A stretch of 48,151 nt of DNA from Octopus bimaculoides (taxonomy: Eukaryota): positions 29,198,317 to 29,246,467 of the forward strand of contig NC_068989.1 of assembly GCF_001194135.2 (NCBI RefSeq), in the 5' to 3' direction. The number at the start of each line of letters is the position of its first letter. The stretch's first letter is position 1. A program made the translations under genes and the position numbers. The notes below the pieces were generated by a model. That model was given only the letters and a program-made list of their open reading frames with translations. It was not told the origin of the DNA and did not search any database. This document shows, in pieces, positions 23,225-35,631 of this stretch.

Positions 23225-23490
23225 TCAATATTTTTTTATTCTGTTACTTGTTTCAGTCACCACCTTAAAGGGTTTTAGTCAAAGAAATCGACCCCAGGAC
23301 TTATTCTCTCTCTATCTGTACATATATATTACACACACTCTTTCAGTTTCTGTCAATCAAATCCACTCACAAGGCTTTGGTCAGCCAGGAGGATACAGTA
23401 GACACTTGCTCAAGGTGCCACACAGTAGGACTGAACCTGGAACCATGTGGTTGGGAAGAAAAGCTTCTTACCACACAGCTATGCCTGTGC
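23225..23490 (-). mobile_element. tRNA-derived CORE-type SINE
   Basis: Reverse complement GCTGTGTGGTAAGAAGCTTTTCTTCCCAACCACATGGTTCCAGGTTCAGTCC...CACCTTGAGCAAGTGTC...GTGAGTGGATTTG. Confidence 0.85.
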
Positions 23491-24392
23491 ATCACATTTT
23501 GTTTCAGTTCACCTGAAAAGAGGATTGAAAGTCCTACTTTTTTGGTGCATCTTTGACAAATGAAGTTTGTTAAAAAATAAAAAACACATATTGGTGCAGC
23601 AATCCAGTGACACATACGTTCTTACTAAATATGAATCGTTAATTTTGTAAATAGATGGATGGCTTGAATTCAAATTTAATTATAACTTATTTGGATGTCA
23701 ACATATACATTTCATGAGAAAACAAGATTAAATGTGAAATAGTAGAGAATTCTAGAAAAAAAAAAAAAAACTATGAGAGTGAATAACATTTACATTAAAC
23801 ATTGTACCTTCTAACCTCGTAACTAATATCATCATGAATAAGTATAATAGTTGTTTCCAAACATTTCTGGACTGCCACCCATTTGGCATCCAGGCCACAT
23901 TCCTAACGCCCCCACCACCACACACACCACAATAAACATAGAGGTCTTTCTACTGCAAATTTCAAACAACTGTATTTAACAAATAAAACAACCTAATTAA
24001 CCCATTATTTTGCTGTTTTTACAATAGAAAAGAGTAAATTTACAACTCACCTGTAACTACGTTGTTTTCATATTTTTCATGTGATGGATGTACATTGTGC
24101 AGGGATATATCCATATATGTGTGTGTGTGTGTGTATGTATGCATATATATATTTATATTATTTATAATGTGTGTGTGTGTGTGTGTGTGTACACACACAC
24201 TCATACATTTGGCATTGGTATTAAGGAAGGTGGTCAGTGGTAAGTGTTACCCAAAACAGATCCCTAAGGAAAACTTACTGGACACTGCCATCTTTTACAG
24301 CATTAATACAAGAACAAGTGCATTCTTATACATATGTACAAGTACACACACACAAACACACAAGTAAATAAGGGTGTTGTATTTGTGTGTGT

Positions 24393-24620
24393 GTATCATC
24401 AACATCATTTAGTGTTCGTTTCCCATGCCAGCATGGGTAAGATGGTTTGACTGGGGCTGGTAAGCCATAGAGCTGCACCAGGCTCCAGTCTGTTTTGGCT
24501 TGGTTTCTACAGCTGGATGCCAACAAGTCCACAGAATGTACTGGATGTCTTTTATACGTCACTGGCACATGTGTCTTTTATGTGTCATTGGCACTGGCCA
24601 TAACTATGACTTCACTTAGC
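24393..24620 (-). mobile_element. Diverged (GAT)n-tailed repeat
   Basis: CATCATCAACATCATTTAGTG...CCATGCCAGCATGGG...TTTCTACAGCTGGATGCC. Confidence 0.8.
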
Positions 24621-25614
24621 TTGATGTGTCATATATATATATATTCTTTTCATTTTGGTGTTGCTGTTGTTCTTATCATTATTGTTGTTGTTGAGGTTGT
24701 TTTTCTTCAGAGTCTTTCTACAAAGTTCTTTTGGGAATTTTGTGACCAGCTTCATCAGTAAACTTTTGGAGTTTTTATTTATTTTTCTTCTCTGTTCTTG
24801 CCTGAAGCTACTTTTCTTAAAACATTTCCCCAGATCAATTTTTAAACACTATTTTCTAAGCTTCAGTGTACCATTGAAAAGTAGAGACAGATATTGCCAA
24901 CCATCACCCCCTTTTGACCACTCCATTATTGCCTCATTTTTCTTCAATGTCCCCTGGATTTACTGTCCACATTGGGAGCCACTGAACTATAAATATTATA
25001 CAGATAGAATAGCTGAATGGTTAGTGAAACTGACCTATAGCTCCAAGGTGATAGATTCGGATATTCCTTTTGTAAGACTAACTCTACTTGTTTCGAGCTT
25101 TATTGTCTAATTGAGAAACCCTTTCCATATCTGGAGAAATAAATTTCTTCATATTAATATCTATAGAAGTACAGTTAAAAATAGGAAATTGGTTTTGTGT
25201 AAGTAGAATTTTAAAGTCAGTCTTAAGAAATTTCCAGAGATTTTCTTATCCTATCTCAGAAAATAACCTTTTAAGAAGGAAGGTGATGTTATCAAAAAAT
25301 GTAACACTTTGGTTAGCATCAATAAACTATATCAAGATAGAAGATAAAACTCAGTACCCCTAAATCATATAAATAAAAACTAACTTAAGCTGAAAGTATG
25401 GTAACTCCCCACCCATGAAAGAAAAGAAAAAAGCTTGGTTTATTTATCCCCCCCCCCAAAAAAAACAAATAGTACATTTGTGTTGGATCAGAGATAGGAT
25501 TGAAAAAAAAATTAATGATGTTAGTATGTGAGAATACAAGTGTGAGTGTGTGTGTATATGCATGTGTGCACATACACACACACACACATCAAAACCATAC
25601 AAAAATATTTCAGA

Positions 25615-25617
<3 letters not shown>

Positions 25618-25665
<48 letters not shown>
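25618..25665. repeat. (TA)n microsatellite
   Basis: Seen directly. Confidence 0.95.
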
Positions 25666-25675
<10 letters not shown>

Positions 25676-27449
25676 ACACACACATATATATATATATATA
25701 AATGTTATATATTTACAAATATGCATGCTATTTTTATCATGTGTTTGGAAGTATTACATTTTAGGATGTGAGACAAGTACCCTTTAGAGCAGTTGCATAC
25801 TAAAACAAGTTGTTATGAGAAAAAGAAAAAAAAACAAACAAACAGGAATGTATGTCTTGGAAGAATTTATAAATAAACATATACTGCAATCTTTCCAACC
25901 TGTGAAACCACTCAAGTATAACTTATTACCAATCTACTCTAACTCTCCGTTGCTTCTATAAATAATCACAACAGTTCTGCTGATGAGAGACAAAGCAGGT
26001 GAAGCACTCAGTCAAAAATCATTTTATTTAAAATATGTCAATCCTAGAAGAAAAAACATCCAAACAAAATGTATTTATGTACAAATATATCTTCTCCAAA
26101 CTCATAATAGATGGAACTGCATTCAGCCTTATATTGTATGGTTGCAATAGAATTGTAAAAGAGTACCATGCTGTTAGAACTTCCTTCACAATAAACACAA
26201 GAACTCGACACTAAAAAAACATAAGTCAATTTTAGCATTATCACTGCTTACTTCCATCCTCTCACTGCCAAGTGGTTTGAACTGATTGATCAGAGACAAG
26301 TATAGCATTGACACAGAAACATGAAACAAAATAAGTCCCTCATTTACAACAGTATCGAATGTCCGACATGTAAATTCAAAATGATACTACTCAGATTAGA
26401 TACAAAAAAATAGACACATACAACAGCATCAGACATTAATTTTGTTTGTATTTTTTCTTCTTTTATGAGACAGACCAAAAACAAGCTGGAACAATGGCCT
26501 CACCTGCTATGTAAGACCTGCAAGATTAGTCAAAGATTGACATTGGTAGAGACAGTCCAAGGAAGCAATCCTCCTTCAGGAGAGAAAGCAGCTCTGGAAC
26601 AAAAGAGAGAGGGTTGAGAAGGGAGAGAGACAGAGAGGGGGAGGAGAAAGAGAACAAACTGAAGAGAGTGCGGCCATAATAATCTCTTGTCTTAATATCT
26701 AGCAAAGGAAAACCAGGGTCTGAGGAAATGAATAATAGTGTGTGCATTTGCAAAATTCATTTAATAAAGTTGACAAATTTAAATAAATATAAGTATTGTG
26801 CAGAGATATAACAATCCTGTCTACCATGGAATATTAACTTATTCAAATGTGGGGATTCTATATGTAAATAGTATTGATTTATGTATTATATATTATGTTA
26901 TAATAACTGAAATGTATATGAAAATGTCAACAGATAGATGTTCTTCTCAATAGTTACAACTAGAAGAATATTTTCTACGCACTCTAGCCCTAATGCAATA
27001 AGAAAATGTACCCATTACACATAATGAGGTGGTTGGTATCACGAAGGACATCAAGCCATAGAAACCATGCCAAAAATTAAAACAGATGAAACGTAGTTCC
27101 TAACCTGGCTTGGACTGTGATGACCTGTCCAACTTATGCTAGCATGAAAGGCATATGTAAAACAATGAGGATGCTTGATAGGAATCATAGGTAAGATAGC
27201 AGGGCAAGTAGAAAATTAATTCTAGGTTTATTGATGTCTATCCAAATTGTAATTATTACAGAAAGGAATCTGAAATATATTTGAAAAAAACAAAAAAACA
27301 ACCGTATGAATAATAGCATGCCATTTTAAATAGGTTTTGGTGCTTGTCACATATGTTGCTACAGGCTCACTAAACTGAGATTTTCTTTTGTGCAGTAAAC
27401 ATTGCTAAAAGAGTCTTTTCCGTTCTTTTATTTGGATTAGTATTAGGAG

Positions 27450-29575
27450 AGAAATGTGTCCGCAGTGATGATGGTTCACTTGCACTAAACGAGGCTGCCA
27501 AGAGAGAGGCTTGGAGATGCCACTATGAAAGGTTGCTTAATAAAGAGAATGAATGAGAGAAAGAGAGTCTGCCGAATGTCGACCCAACAGAGGGACCAGC
27601 TATCTTAATTGTACCTTGGTAGATAAAGTAATCAAGAGTAGGAAGACAGGGAAAGACCTCAGCCCATCAGGAATCACTGCAGAGATGCTCAAAATATCTG
27701 GCAGTGTTGGCTATAGCCTAGTCACCCGTATAGTTAACCAGGTGATACACGAAGGAATCATACCCAATGACTGGTGTAGTAGCACCATAGTCAACTGCTA
27801 CAAAGATAAAGGTGATGCTTTAGACACAAACAATTACAGAAGTATCAGGTTGTTGGATCAGGTAATGAAGGTCATGGAGAAGGCCATAGCCCAACTAATT
27901 AGGGAGAGAGTCAGTTGAGATGGGATGCAGTTTGGGTTCGTTCCAGGGAAAAGCACCACTGATGCTATATTTCTGGTAAGAGAGCTGCAGGAGAAATACC
28001 TAGCCAAAGATAAACCTCTGTACCTGGCTTTCATTGACATGGAGAAAGCCTTTGACAGGGTCCCCCAATCCCTTATCTGGTGGTTAATGAGGAAACTAGG
28101 GATAGATGAATGGTTAGTGAGAGCTGTGCGAGCCATGTACAAGGACGCAGTCAGTAAGGTGAGGGTTGACAACGAGTACAGTGAAGAATTCTCGGTAGAG
28201 GTAGGGGTCCNNNNNNNNNNNNNNNNNNNNNNNNNNNNNNNNNNNNNNNNNNNNNNNNNNNNNNNNNNNNNNNNNNNNNNNNNNNNNNNNNNNNNNNNNN
28301 NNNNNNNNNNNNNNNNNNNNNNNNNNNNNNNNNNNNNNNNNNNNNNNNNNNNNNNNNNNNNNNNNNNNNNNNNNNNNNNNNNNNNNNNNNNNNNNNNNNN
28401 NNNNNNNNNNNNNNNNNNNNNNNNNNNNNNNNNNNNNNNNNNNNNNNNNNNNNNNNNNNNNNNNNNNNNNNNNNNNNNNNNNNNNNNNNNNNNNNNNNNN
28501 NNNNNNNNNNNNNNNNNNNNNNNNNNNNNNNNNNNNNNNNNNNNNNNNNNNNNNNNNNNNNNNNNNNNNNNNNNNNNNNNNNNNNNNNNNNNNNNNNNNN
28601 NNNNNNNNNNNNNNNNNNNNNNNNNNNNNNNNNNNNNNNNNNNNNNNNNNNNNNNNNNNNNNNNNNNNNNNNNNNNNNNNNNNNNNNNNNNNNNNNNNNN
28701 NNNNNNNNNNNNNNNNNNNNNNNNNNNNNNNNNNNNNNNNNNNNNNNNNNNNNNNNNNNNNNNNNNNNNNNNNNNNNNNNNNNNNNNNNNGTACGACGCA
28801 TGTGTACGAACAGCCATGCTACATGGCAGTGAAACATGGGCCGTGACTGCTGAGGATATGCGTAAGCTCGCAAGAAATGAAGCCAGTATGCTCTGATGGA
28901 TGTGTAATGTTGTTGTGCATACTCGACAGAGTGTAAGTACCTTGAGAGAAAAGTTGGACCTAAGAAGCATCAGTTGTGGTGTGCAAGAGAGATGATTGCA
29001 CTGGTATGGTCATTTGGCGAGAATGGATGAGGATAGCTGTGTGAAAAATTGCCACAGCCTAGCAGTTGAGGGTACCTGTGGAAGAGGTAGACCCAGGAAG
29101 ACCTGGGATGAGGTGGTGAAGCACGATCTTCGAACATTACGCCTCACCGAGGCAATGACTAGTGGCCGAGACTTTTGGAAGTATGCTGTGCGTGAGAAGA
29201 CCCGGCAAAACAAGTGAGACCATAACCTGTGGCCTTTACCAGGGGTGTAGCCAACCCACTTATGCATACCTTTCCTTCTTTGGACACAAAACCCTGCTTG
29301 CAAAGACCTGTTGAGGCAAGTGAAATCAAAATCGAACCAAATTCGATGACTGGCACCCATGCCAACCTTCCTTCATTGGACACTAAACTCTGCTTGCAAA
29401 GACCTGTTGAGGCAAGTGAAATCGAAACTGAACCAAATTTGATGACTGGCACCCATGCCAGTGGAGCTTAACACCATCCGAGCGGGATCACTGTCAGAGC
29501 AGCAGTCTGGCTTCCGTGCCGGTGGCACATAAAAAGCACCATTTGAGCTTAATCGTTACCAGCGTTGATTCATGG
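27450..29575 (+). mobile_element. RTE-clade LINE: RT region, ORF end and part of the 3' UTR (spans an assembly gap)
   Basis: GPSGITAEML-like, NNYRSIRLLDQVMKVME, QFGFVPGKSTTDAIFLVRELQEKYL, LYLAFIDMEKAFDRVP; after the gap YDACVRTAMLHGSETW, HWYGHLARMD, GRGRPRKTWDEVV. ORF ends near 29217. A few stops, so inactive. The 3' UTR has a duplication of about 97 bp (29271/29368). Confidence 0.95.
28211..28790. other. Assembly gap (N run)
   Basis: 580 N inside the RTE RT. Confidence 1.
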
Positions 29576-29589
29576 TTCCAATCTCATAA

Positions 29590-30500
29590 TGATTGGAAAT
29601 TAAACTGTTCAAAACAATGTTTTTACAAACACTGGAATAAAATATCAAGGTTTTAACACATTTTACTTTTCCCAATGTAAATTTTGACACCATAACAATA
29701 TTTAGTCTATTCCACAGATATATCAAAGCTTTTTTGCTCAATTTGATTAATTTCTCAAGCATAAATTGCTGACGACCTGTTGTCAATAGAGTCTTCAAAT
29801 TTTAATAAGTTTATATGCCTTACAAGATGTGAGTCCTGATGTTTCAAGCAAAACCTTCATTAGAAAGAACATTTATATTTTTTTAATGTATAAAATACTG
29901 CTGAGCAAATTTTCTCTCCAAAAATATACTTTGTTCAAAATGTCAGCACTCATGTCTTCTTGTGGCATCAAACTCTATTCAAATTTGTAAAGTTTACTAA
30001 ATGATTTTTGTCAATATACATTACCTCTCGTTTCCCCTATTTTTATCTCTTTTCAACAGAAGAGAGATAAAAATATTTAGAAAGCAATTTATATGGCAAC
30101 TCTTGGGTTTTGTTTCAATCAGGTCACACCACATGTCACAAGTTGTGCTATTGTTTTGATTGGCTGGAGGTCTGCCACATAAAAATAATGCATTAGGACA
30201 TAAATATTTGTTTTTAACCTGAAGATATAACTATCACCAGTGGTCATCTCTGTTTCAGTTATTAATTATTTTTGACAACAATCACATCCCTATGAATACA
30301 TCAACGCTAACAAATTTATGTTAGTGGGCACACACCAATTTATTATCATTCCTGGTTTACTTTAATTGTTCTACAAATTGATTTATTTCAACAACCATTA
30401 TTTTAAAACTTGTCTAAGATCAATTTGTAAAAAATAATCCATTGATCTAAAATCTTCCAACATAGTCTTTCCTCAGTCCTCTCCTCCAAAAGGTGAGACC
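29590..30500 (-). mobile_element. Highly decayed piggyBac (PGBD4-like) transposase relic
   Basis: Minus-strand pieces in the expected order: LFFTN...IMVVEINQFVEQ, VFIGM*LL...RDDHW, YKLLSKYFYL, SLMPQEDMSAD (cf. P.Q.LSIDE), KFAQQY, YCYGVKIYIGKS (cf. GYCYNF.IY.GK). Aligned by eye only. Confidence 0.5.
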
Positions 30501-30534
30501 AATGTGAGACGGAAATTTTTATTACAATATATAG

Positions 30535-30690
30535 TTAAAAAGTTTGTTTTGCAACTACATGGTCATTGGTTCAGTCCAACTGTGTGGTACTTTGGACAAA
30601 TGTCAGCTACTATAGCTCCAGAACAATGAAAACCTTGGGTGTAGATTTGGTAGATGGGAACCAAAAAGAATCATGTCATAAATGTGTACG
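30535..30690 (+). mobile_element. Diverged CORE-type SINE
   Basis: GCAACTACATGG...GGTTCAGTCCAACTGTGTGGTACTTTGGACAAATGTC...GATTTGGTAGATGG. Confidence 0.7.
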
Positions 30691-31106
30691 TGAGTGTGGT
30701 CTTGAAATTTAGTACTAAATGTAAACAAACATACCATAATACAAGTAGTGTGGTGCATTTTAATTTTCAATGAAACATATCCAGACAATAATACTCTAGA
30801 AATAGGTCAGAGTTGACAACAGGAAGAGTGTCCAACCATAGAAAATCTGCCTTGAAAAATTTCTATGCAGGTATGAAAAAGTGGATGCTAAAACAATGAT
30901 GACAGATGACAATACTGCTGCCAATGGGAAAAAAACAGAAAAATTAGTGTTTATAATAATGTCCTTTTAACAAACTCACTAATACTTAACAAAATATATG
31001 ATTGACAGGGATATTTGTCTGGGCCTATTGAATGTCATTGCTTATTGATTTGATGATAGAATGTGAATGAATTGTTGTTACAAGTAAGAAAGAAAAATGG
31101 ACAGAC

Positions 31107-31559
31107 TTCTGCTTTAAGCATGACATGGAACCCCTCATAACTCTTTTTATTTTTTGGAATTTTCAGAAAACTTTTGTGGATTTGTATTCTACACATGAGA
31201 ATTCACATGATTATGAAAACAAGAATTTTTTTTTTTTTTTTTCCAAATTTAAATCAAAGTTTAAAATACAGACAGTCTGAATTTTTTTACTTAAATCTCA
31301 GCAATAGACCATTAAATATGTTTATGGGAGAAAGATATTAAAAAATATTAATATGTCATACTGACAACCAAATGAGGAGGGTATGAGGCAGTTGTGAGAT
31401 GTGCTAAATAATAACAGCTAAATAGCCCTTAAATCACAGTGATTTTTTTTTTACATAGTTATATAAATTCCCATGTATAGAACAAATTCCCAAAAATTTT
31501 CTGAAAATTCAAAAAAATGAAAAAGTTACAAGTGGTCATATGGTATGCTTAAAGCAGAA
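31107..31559. mobile_element. Fold-back MITE with imperfect inverted arms of about 110 bp
   Basis: TTCTGCTTTAAGCAT (31107) vs ATGCTTAAAGCAGAA (to 31559) is an exact 15-bp TIR. The arms continue: GGAATTTTCAGAAAACTTTTGTGG...CACATGAGAATT vs AATTCCCATGTATAG...AATTTTCTGAAAATTC. A SINE fragment is nested at about 31355-31440. Confidence 0.8.
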
Positions 31560-31679
31560 TACCACCAAAAAATGACAAACATTTATACAACAACCTTTAC
31601 TAAACCAAATATGCATAAACACACACACACAATGATAATGATAATAAATAACACTTGCCTATTTTGGCACAAAGCCAAC

Positions 31680-32090
31680 ATTTCTTTTTGGGAATAGGGG
31701 TGTAAGTCAATAATATTGATCCTAGTGTTCAACTGGTACTTATTTTATAGATCCTGAAAGAATGAAAGGCAAAGTCAACCCTGGTAGGATTTGAACTCAG
31801 AATGCAAAACCAGAAGAAATACTGCAAAGTATTTTGTCCAGTGTGGTAACAATTCTGTCACTTTCATCATCATCATCATTATAATTTAACATCCATTTTC
31901 CATGCTGGCATGGGTTGGATGGCTTGACAGAAGCTGGCAAGACCAGGGGTGCAAAAGGTTTCATAGTCTGTTTAGGTTTGGGTTTCTACAGCTGGATGCC
32001 CTTCTTAATGCCAACCACTTTACAGAGTGTACTGGGTGCACCATCACCAGTGCTTTTTACGTGGCATCATCACCAGTGCTTTTTACATTG
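31680..32090 (-). mobile_element. Nin/Deu-type SINE (about 31680-31860) abutting a (GAT)n-tailed repeat (about 31863-32090)
   Basis: CTGGTACTTATTTTATAGATCCTGAAAGAATGAAAGGC...GAACTCAG, then CATCATCATCAT...CCATGCTGGCATGGG...CAGCTGGATGCCCTTC. Confidence 0.8.
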
Positions 32091-32435
32091 CACTGTGGTT
32101 ACAGCCTTATATAAAATAGTAGTAATAATGATGATGATACACATACATTATATGCAGATAAATCATTGTTTTATCAAATAATTTTAAATCATTCTAAAAT
32201 AAATTAGGATAATCACTAAATTTAAAGGAGCTCCCATCAATTGAATTAACTGACATTTTGTAACACTGTTTTAATTTTTAACCGAGTAACCATAGTGTAA
32301 AATCTTTGGATGCACACACATACACACACACACACACTATATTATCTTTGTTAAGTTCTATCCAATCACAATGGACTTCTTCCAAATTCAATACTAAATA
32401 AATCTACAGGAGTAGAATTTAAAAAATGTGCATGT

Positions 32436-32620
32436 GTATCATCATCCTTTAAGATCCAACTTCTATGCTGATATGGATTGGATAATTTGACAGTGTCTGA
32501 TGAGACAAATGACTATATCGTGCACCAATGTCTACATTGGCATGGTTCCTACAGCTGGATGCCCTTCCTAATGTTAACCACTTCACTGAATTTACTGGGT
32601 ATTTTTTCATGGCACAAGCA
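32436..32620 (-). mobile_element. Diverged (GAT)n-tailed repeat
   Basis: ATCATCATCCTTTAAG...CCTACAGCTGGATGCCCTTCCTAATG. Confidence 0.7.
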
Positions 32621-33494
32621 TTAGTGTTGATTGCCTTATAAATTCCAAGACAAAGCCTAAACAGAGAATAAAGGAGAGAGTGGGTGATCATTTGTTGTGG
32701 TGAAATGAAAGATTATAAGTGGAGAGGATGGGACAATATGAAAGGGGACAGGAGAGAAGGAAGGGATTAGTGAAAGAGCTGAGAAAAAGAAATCGAGTTG
32801 AAAAGGTGGTAAGGAGAGTTGTGTAAAGGATCAAGTATAGACAAGCATGAAGGAAAGGGGGACAAAGAAGGGAACAATAAACTAGCTGAAGAGGAATCCT
32901 AAATGACTCATTGAAGTCAGGAGAGGATCATGCAGGTAACTCAGAAGTGGTGATGAGGAGTTGAAGCAGCAATGAAATTGTGGTGGAGGGAAGTGCTGTG
33001 AAAGAAAAGGAGGTGGAATATATAGATTATTAATATTTATGCAAAATACAGGGTGCATAAGAAAACCTAAGACAAATTTAAAATAGCTAAATCACTGTTT
33101 TTAAGCCTTTAGCAGTAGAACATGTTATTCTCTTAAGATACTGAAAGGTATTTAACTTGATTTTGTCTTAAAAAGAGATTTATAAATAGCAATGGCAAGT
33201 TATGTCTTATGATTACGTCCTGTCTCTATCATTCCTGATGTCTCTATACATCTAATTAATCATAAGTGTTTACTAACTTACTCAAACTTTTTAAAGGCAT
33301 CATTATCAATACTTAACCTTGGTTTTTTTTTCTTTCGTTTTGGACAATTCAATCTCCAGTTATCAGTCACAAGATGTCACATTGCAAGGGCTCGGAATGA
33401 GATTAAACTCATGAAGTGAGTTTAGTACAATATTTTTTTTTTCTAATGTATTCAGATTCTTTAGCAAGTGACTTGATTTGAGACCATGCATTAA

Positions 33495-34537
33495 TCCTTT
33501 AGTGTTCAGATTAATCTGTTAAATGTAATGCTTGTTTGTTCACATTATTTTGAATTATTCAGATTCAAGAGGAGTGTCCACAATATTTGCTTGTAACTTT
33601 GTTAATTTTTTACATAAAAATTTGAAATTTTGTCAGTGAGTACTTATATACCAGTGGTTTATAATTATGTAATTTTAGCTGATTGAATTTGACTTTTATG
33701 GGCAGGTAAATTTAATTAACAGGTGTAAAAGCAATAACATTGTGGATTAACACTAAAATTAACCCAGATGTCAACTACCAACAAGTTTGCAACTTTTCAA
33801 GATTAATTTGAATTAATTAAAATACAGGTACAATCGGTACAAGATTTTATTTTCTCTATATTTCATTAAAAAATTTTCATTGAAAATTAACTTCAAAACT
33901 CTTTTACTAGTCAATATACCATTGGCTATGTACTCGTATACAATTTAATGAATACGTTTACATAACAGAATGCATCTAATAAAAAAATGCTTGTTAACAG
34001 GTGAGACAAAGATGAATACAGGTGTGTAACATACTGAAAATTAATATGTATTTCTCACTTTCACATATTATTTGTAATAAAATGAAAAGAATATATGATA
34101 GTATTACTATCAAACAACAAAATATAGTTATTCCACATTTTTATTGTGAACCCTTTACAAAGATTCATAAATATCAATATCAGATTCATCTGAAGACAAA
34201 TTATTGTTGCTTTTGTTTATATTTTGTACATCATCAAGAGTAAAACCTTCAAAGTCGGAATCGCTACTTGCTGAGACCATATCATTAAAAACTAAGATGT
34301 ACACTTCTCTTTAAACGTTGAGAAAAAAAAAGTCTCAAAACTTTCATGGTATTTTTACCTGAATAAAGACAAGAAAGGCTTTATCTCACATTATCTCAAA
34401 GCTACAAGAATTCAATAATGTGATTTGTTTATTTTTTTAGCAATTTTGTAGTGGAATCAGATACGCCCAGATTTGGCCGGTTCAAACAAATAAAGGAGAA
34501 TTTTCAGCTGGTTTTGGCCAGTCTGAACACTAAAGGG
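33495..34537 (-). mobile_element. Internally deleted piggyBac element (about 1043 bp) with TIRs, TTAA TSD and transposase N-terminal stub
   Basis: TTAA|TCCTTTAGTGTTCAGA ... TCTGAACACTAAAGGG|TTAA (15/16 TIR match). Minus ORF 34280-34155 reads MVSASSDSDFEGFTLDDVQNINKSNNNLSSDESDIDIYESL*, an acidic SDSDFEGF-type start as seen in piggyBac transposases. Confidence 0.85.
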
Positions 34538-35535
34538 TTAAAACAAGAGCAATTTCATCATGGAGCAGCTATTTTAGTCTTACAAAAGCATATAAAAGCT
34601 ATTAAATTCAATTGCCATTCATTTTCTGGGGGAGGGGTCAAAATTTTTATTGCACACCTCTAGCTGGAAACAGTTCCATTCCAACTGAGTTGCATAAGAG
34701 GAATTGTATCAGTACTACGGGACAGTTGTGTGGTGAGTATTTTGCCACTATAAGAAATAAACAAAAAGTGGGTTTAACATTTTCTGTGTTTTATTAACTG
34801 TTACAGACAAGCAGCTTAGCTGTTTTTGAGATAAAACATGATGCAAGCTGTTAAGTTGGAAATAAAAAATAACACTGTTTCCAAATACGTGTAGTTTTCC
34901 TGATTTGCAGATAGGTTACCTCCATAATTAAGACTACCTGTACTACTACTACTACCACCACCACCACCACCACCATACATACATACATTTTACACACAAA
35001 CACTATTTCAAAAAGGAACAAAAGAAACAACATAAATGCATTCCCCTCCTGAATGTTTTTTAGGACATGAGGTTTCCATACATCCTGTTATTTTTCTATC
35101 TATCCTTCCACATACCTTTATGAGTATTGCCTTCTCTAAATACTATCTTTATCAACAACTATTATTACCTGACAACATAGTCACTCAACCTGCTAGCAAC
35201 CAAAACACCTTTAAATAGCATGCAGCTATATTAAAAAGGGAATAATAAATAGCATCCTACTATATTAAAAAGGGAATAATAAAAGACTATGCCTGAAAAA
35301 TTAAAAGCAAGCATGATCACAGCTGGAAGAATTTTGATCCTGAGTCTGCTTGACTAGGTCTCACCTGATGGCTAGACAATAACTAGTAAAAGTGCTCAAG
35401 AACAATAGAAATCCTGGTGCCAGATATTATCCAAAGCACAGATGACATCAATGATAACTTCTTAGATTACATTTCCTACTACTTACTAACATTCTGAAAA
35501 GGTAAAGTATAGGCTGCCCAGTTTCCTTAAGTCAG

Positions 35536-35538
<3 letters not shown>

Positions 35539-35628
<90 letters not shown>
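35539..35628. repeat. Long (GT)n microsatellite
   Basis: Seen directly, about 90 bp. Confidence 0.97.
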
Positions 35629-35630
<2 letters not shown>

Positions 35631-35631
35631 G

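Noticed and set aside
34664-34732. Plus-strand 69-nt exon-like segment (CTCTAG|...|GTGAGT)
   Set aside because: No other plus-strand gene evidence and no homology. Isolated matches like this are expected by chance in 48 kb.
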